From contig CM119264.1 of NCBI GenBank assembly GCA_051294375.1, positions 28,872,696-28,936,695 of the forward strand: a stretch of 64,000 nt of DNA. Direction: 5' to 3'. How positions within the stretch are numbered: the first letter of the stretch is position 1; the number at the start of each line of letters is the position of its first letter. This DNA comes from Paraspadella gotoi. Taxonomy: Eukaryota > Animalia > Chaetognatha. The notes under the pieces were generated by a model, which saw nothing but the letters and a program-made list of their open reading frames with translations, did no database searches and was not told the DNA's origin. This document shows, piece after piece, positions 61,731-64,000 of this stretch. A program made the position numbers and the translations under genes.

Positions 61731-61969
61731 AAATAAAGCAAGTTGACAAAGGATTAAATGGCAAGTTGGTATTAGGCGCAGCTACAGTAATAGATTTGGA
61801 ATACAATCAATTGGATCTATAGATTTTTTTTTCTATAGATTTATTCAGAGAGTCTTTTTATGATGTTTGTTGTTATGAAAAGTTATACTGTGATTTATGA
61901 TATCGGGATTAGGCTTATTAAACCGCTTATATATCGTAGGCAGATCCGAACCATTGTTTTACTCAAAAT

Positions 61970-62220
61970 TTGTTTGCCAAATGATTTCAAATTCACAATA
62001 GCGGAAATCATTTCAAGTCAGTCGCAATTACAAATGATTGAGATGAATAAATCAAAGCATGAGAGAGAGAGAGAGTTTGGCTGATTTTTTATGATCGATC
62101 AAAACAAACAGGCACCAATCTTTCTCTCTCTCATGCTTTGATTTTTCATCTCAATCATTTGTAATTTGAGCTGCTATTGAATGATTCGGCGCCATGGGAA
62201 TGAAATATTGGCGAAATAAA
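61970..62220. repeat. Spacer-less palindrome centred near 62097
   Basis: ATTACAAATGATTGAGATGAATAAATCAAAGCATGAGAGAGAG is mirrored by CTCTCTCTCATGCTTTGATTTTTCATCTCAATCATTTGTAAT around TGATCGATCA. Confidence 0.85.
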
Positions 62221-64000
62221 TCTAAATGCTACTTGTACCTCCACAAAGTACTATTTAAATGACTAACTAACCTGATGGCATTGCGATGGTCCTTTAAGCA
62301 AGCAAAGCAAAAATTAAGTAGCTGTTAACTGTATTGTCAAAGCTCACCATAACGCTGTGAAAATATAATGTTAAACAGACTCAGCGTCCATAATCTTGCA
62401 ATCTATTCGAATATCAAGTTAATACGCGCATGCATCACTACAGAATTAAATACCGATAATTATAGAATTTTTCCAATGCTAATAGTTTGATATAAAAGAG
62501 GTAATAGGAGTTCATGTTCATATTTATTACACAAAAAATTCTTGTAACGCCGGTGTGGCTCAAAGTTTGATGCACGGTAAAAACGGTTCCTATCGCGCCC
62601 ATTTTCTATTACTTAGGTGTTTGAGGTCTTTTTTTGCGCTATGATTTTTTTTCAATAGTTTATTTATTATTTTCAAGATTTTAAATTTCATTTATGGATA
62701 ATTTGTATAAAAAATGGAATAATAATTTCCCTTCTATTACGTTTATATGCGGTGTTATTATCTTCTTTCGTACCAAGGCTTCGGTAAGTTTGAAAATGAA
62801 TTCTTATGGAGGCCGCGGAACACGCAATAACGAAGGCTTAGGCTAAATTCGGCGTTCTAATGAGAATTTGAAAGCTACGTAGTAACTTCTTTGTAGAAAC
62901 GCAAAACGGAAATCGCTTTAAATAGCGCGAAAGTTTGATTCCGCCGAGACAGCGTTTTTTCGCGGTCTTCTTTTTGGCCGATTAACTTTGTTTGGAACGC
63001 GTCGGGCCGAATTTACAATGAAATTTTGGAGATTCGGCCTAATTTCGCCATTCCTCTTTCCAAAGCGGAGATACCAAGATTTATAATAAGTAAATACGTC
63101 TAGTTTCGAAAACGACTGACATCACCGCAGAGAATAATGAAATAAAAAAAGGAAATAAAATAAAAGAAATAAGAAACTGAAAATAAAAGAAGAAAATAGA
63201 ATAAAAATAAGAAAATGAAGAAAGAAGAAAATGAATAAAAAATGAAATGAAATAAGAAATGAATAAAGAAGGAATAAGATAAACAAAGAAAATGAATATA
63301 AATATTGGTTGTACAATTTCATAAGAAAATGAATAAAAAAAAAGAAATAAAATAAGAAAATCAAATAAAATAAGAAATGAAATAAAAAGAAGAATAAAAT
63401 AAACAGAATTGAAATAAAAAGATTAAATAAAAAAGAAATGAAATAAAATAAAGAAAATGAAAATAGAATAAGAAAATGAATAAAAAGAAGAAAATAAATA
63501 AACAAGAAATGAAATCAATAAGAAATGAAATAAAAAGAAAATGAAATAAAATAAGAAAATGAATAAAAGAGAAAGAAAATGAAACGTGAATAAAATGAAA
63601 AAGGAATCACGACGAAGATTTAAAAACAGGAGGGATTTAAAAGAAGGGAAAGAAACAAAGGAAGAACAAAGGCGGGCGAAACAAAGGAAACGAAAGAAAA
63701 CGGAGGGCGAGAATCGGGAGAGGGAGAAGAAAGGAGGAAGAGGAGGAGGAGGAGAGGAAGAAATGGATTGGAAAAGGCGGCGTCCTCTGCTCACGAGGAG
63801 CGACCCGAAAAATGCGTAACGAAGCGAAGAAATGAGAATCTAGGTTTTTTTGGGGGGAAAAATAGAAAGTTACCTTCGCGGCGAAGAACAAATAATTTTG
63901 GATCAAAATACCAAGACGGTCTCTCGACCAACTTTTGGGTGGGTGAGGCAAGACGACGACAGACAGCTAATCAACTGGTCAGCGAAGCGGACAGACTTCG

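Noticed and set aside
57191-63794. Hydrophobic F/L/I-rich ORFs resembling membrane or mitochondrial proteins
   Set aside because: Reverse-strand translations of the A-rich minisatellite; no NUMT gene motifs.

Overview
Eukaryotic (invertebrate metazoan-like), AT-rich, microsatellite-rich draft-assembly scaffold with spliceosomal introns; there is no prokaryotic content. Manual exon reconstruction gives these genes: a polycystin-2/TRPP channel (+), an intronless single-LIM abLIM/UNC-115-like gene (-), an intronless TMEM141-like gene (-), a 10-exon three-domain gelsolin-like gene (-), an EPS8-like gene (-) and a noisy secreted Cys-rich (PAN/apple-like) gene (+). Much of the apparent novelty is probably assembly artefact. 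Region 1-11398 is repeated at 14026-25456, and ~55990-57717 is repeated from 57743. Each repeat lies next to a gap of exactly 25 N, and the second copies are full of 1-bp indels, the pattern expected from long-read gap filling or uncollapsed haplotypes. The signals most likely to be real biology are a TRIM-like mini LTR retroelement in gelsolin intron 3, a 46-bp tandem array that multiplies a PKD2 splice donor, apparent loss of the C-terminal actin-binding modules of both abLIM and EPS8, and a possible non-GT donor in gelsolin intron 1. I found no convincing wholly new system. All family calls come from remembered sequence motifs, not from database searches.
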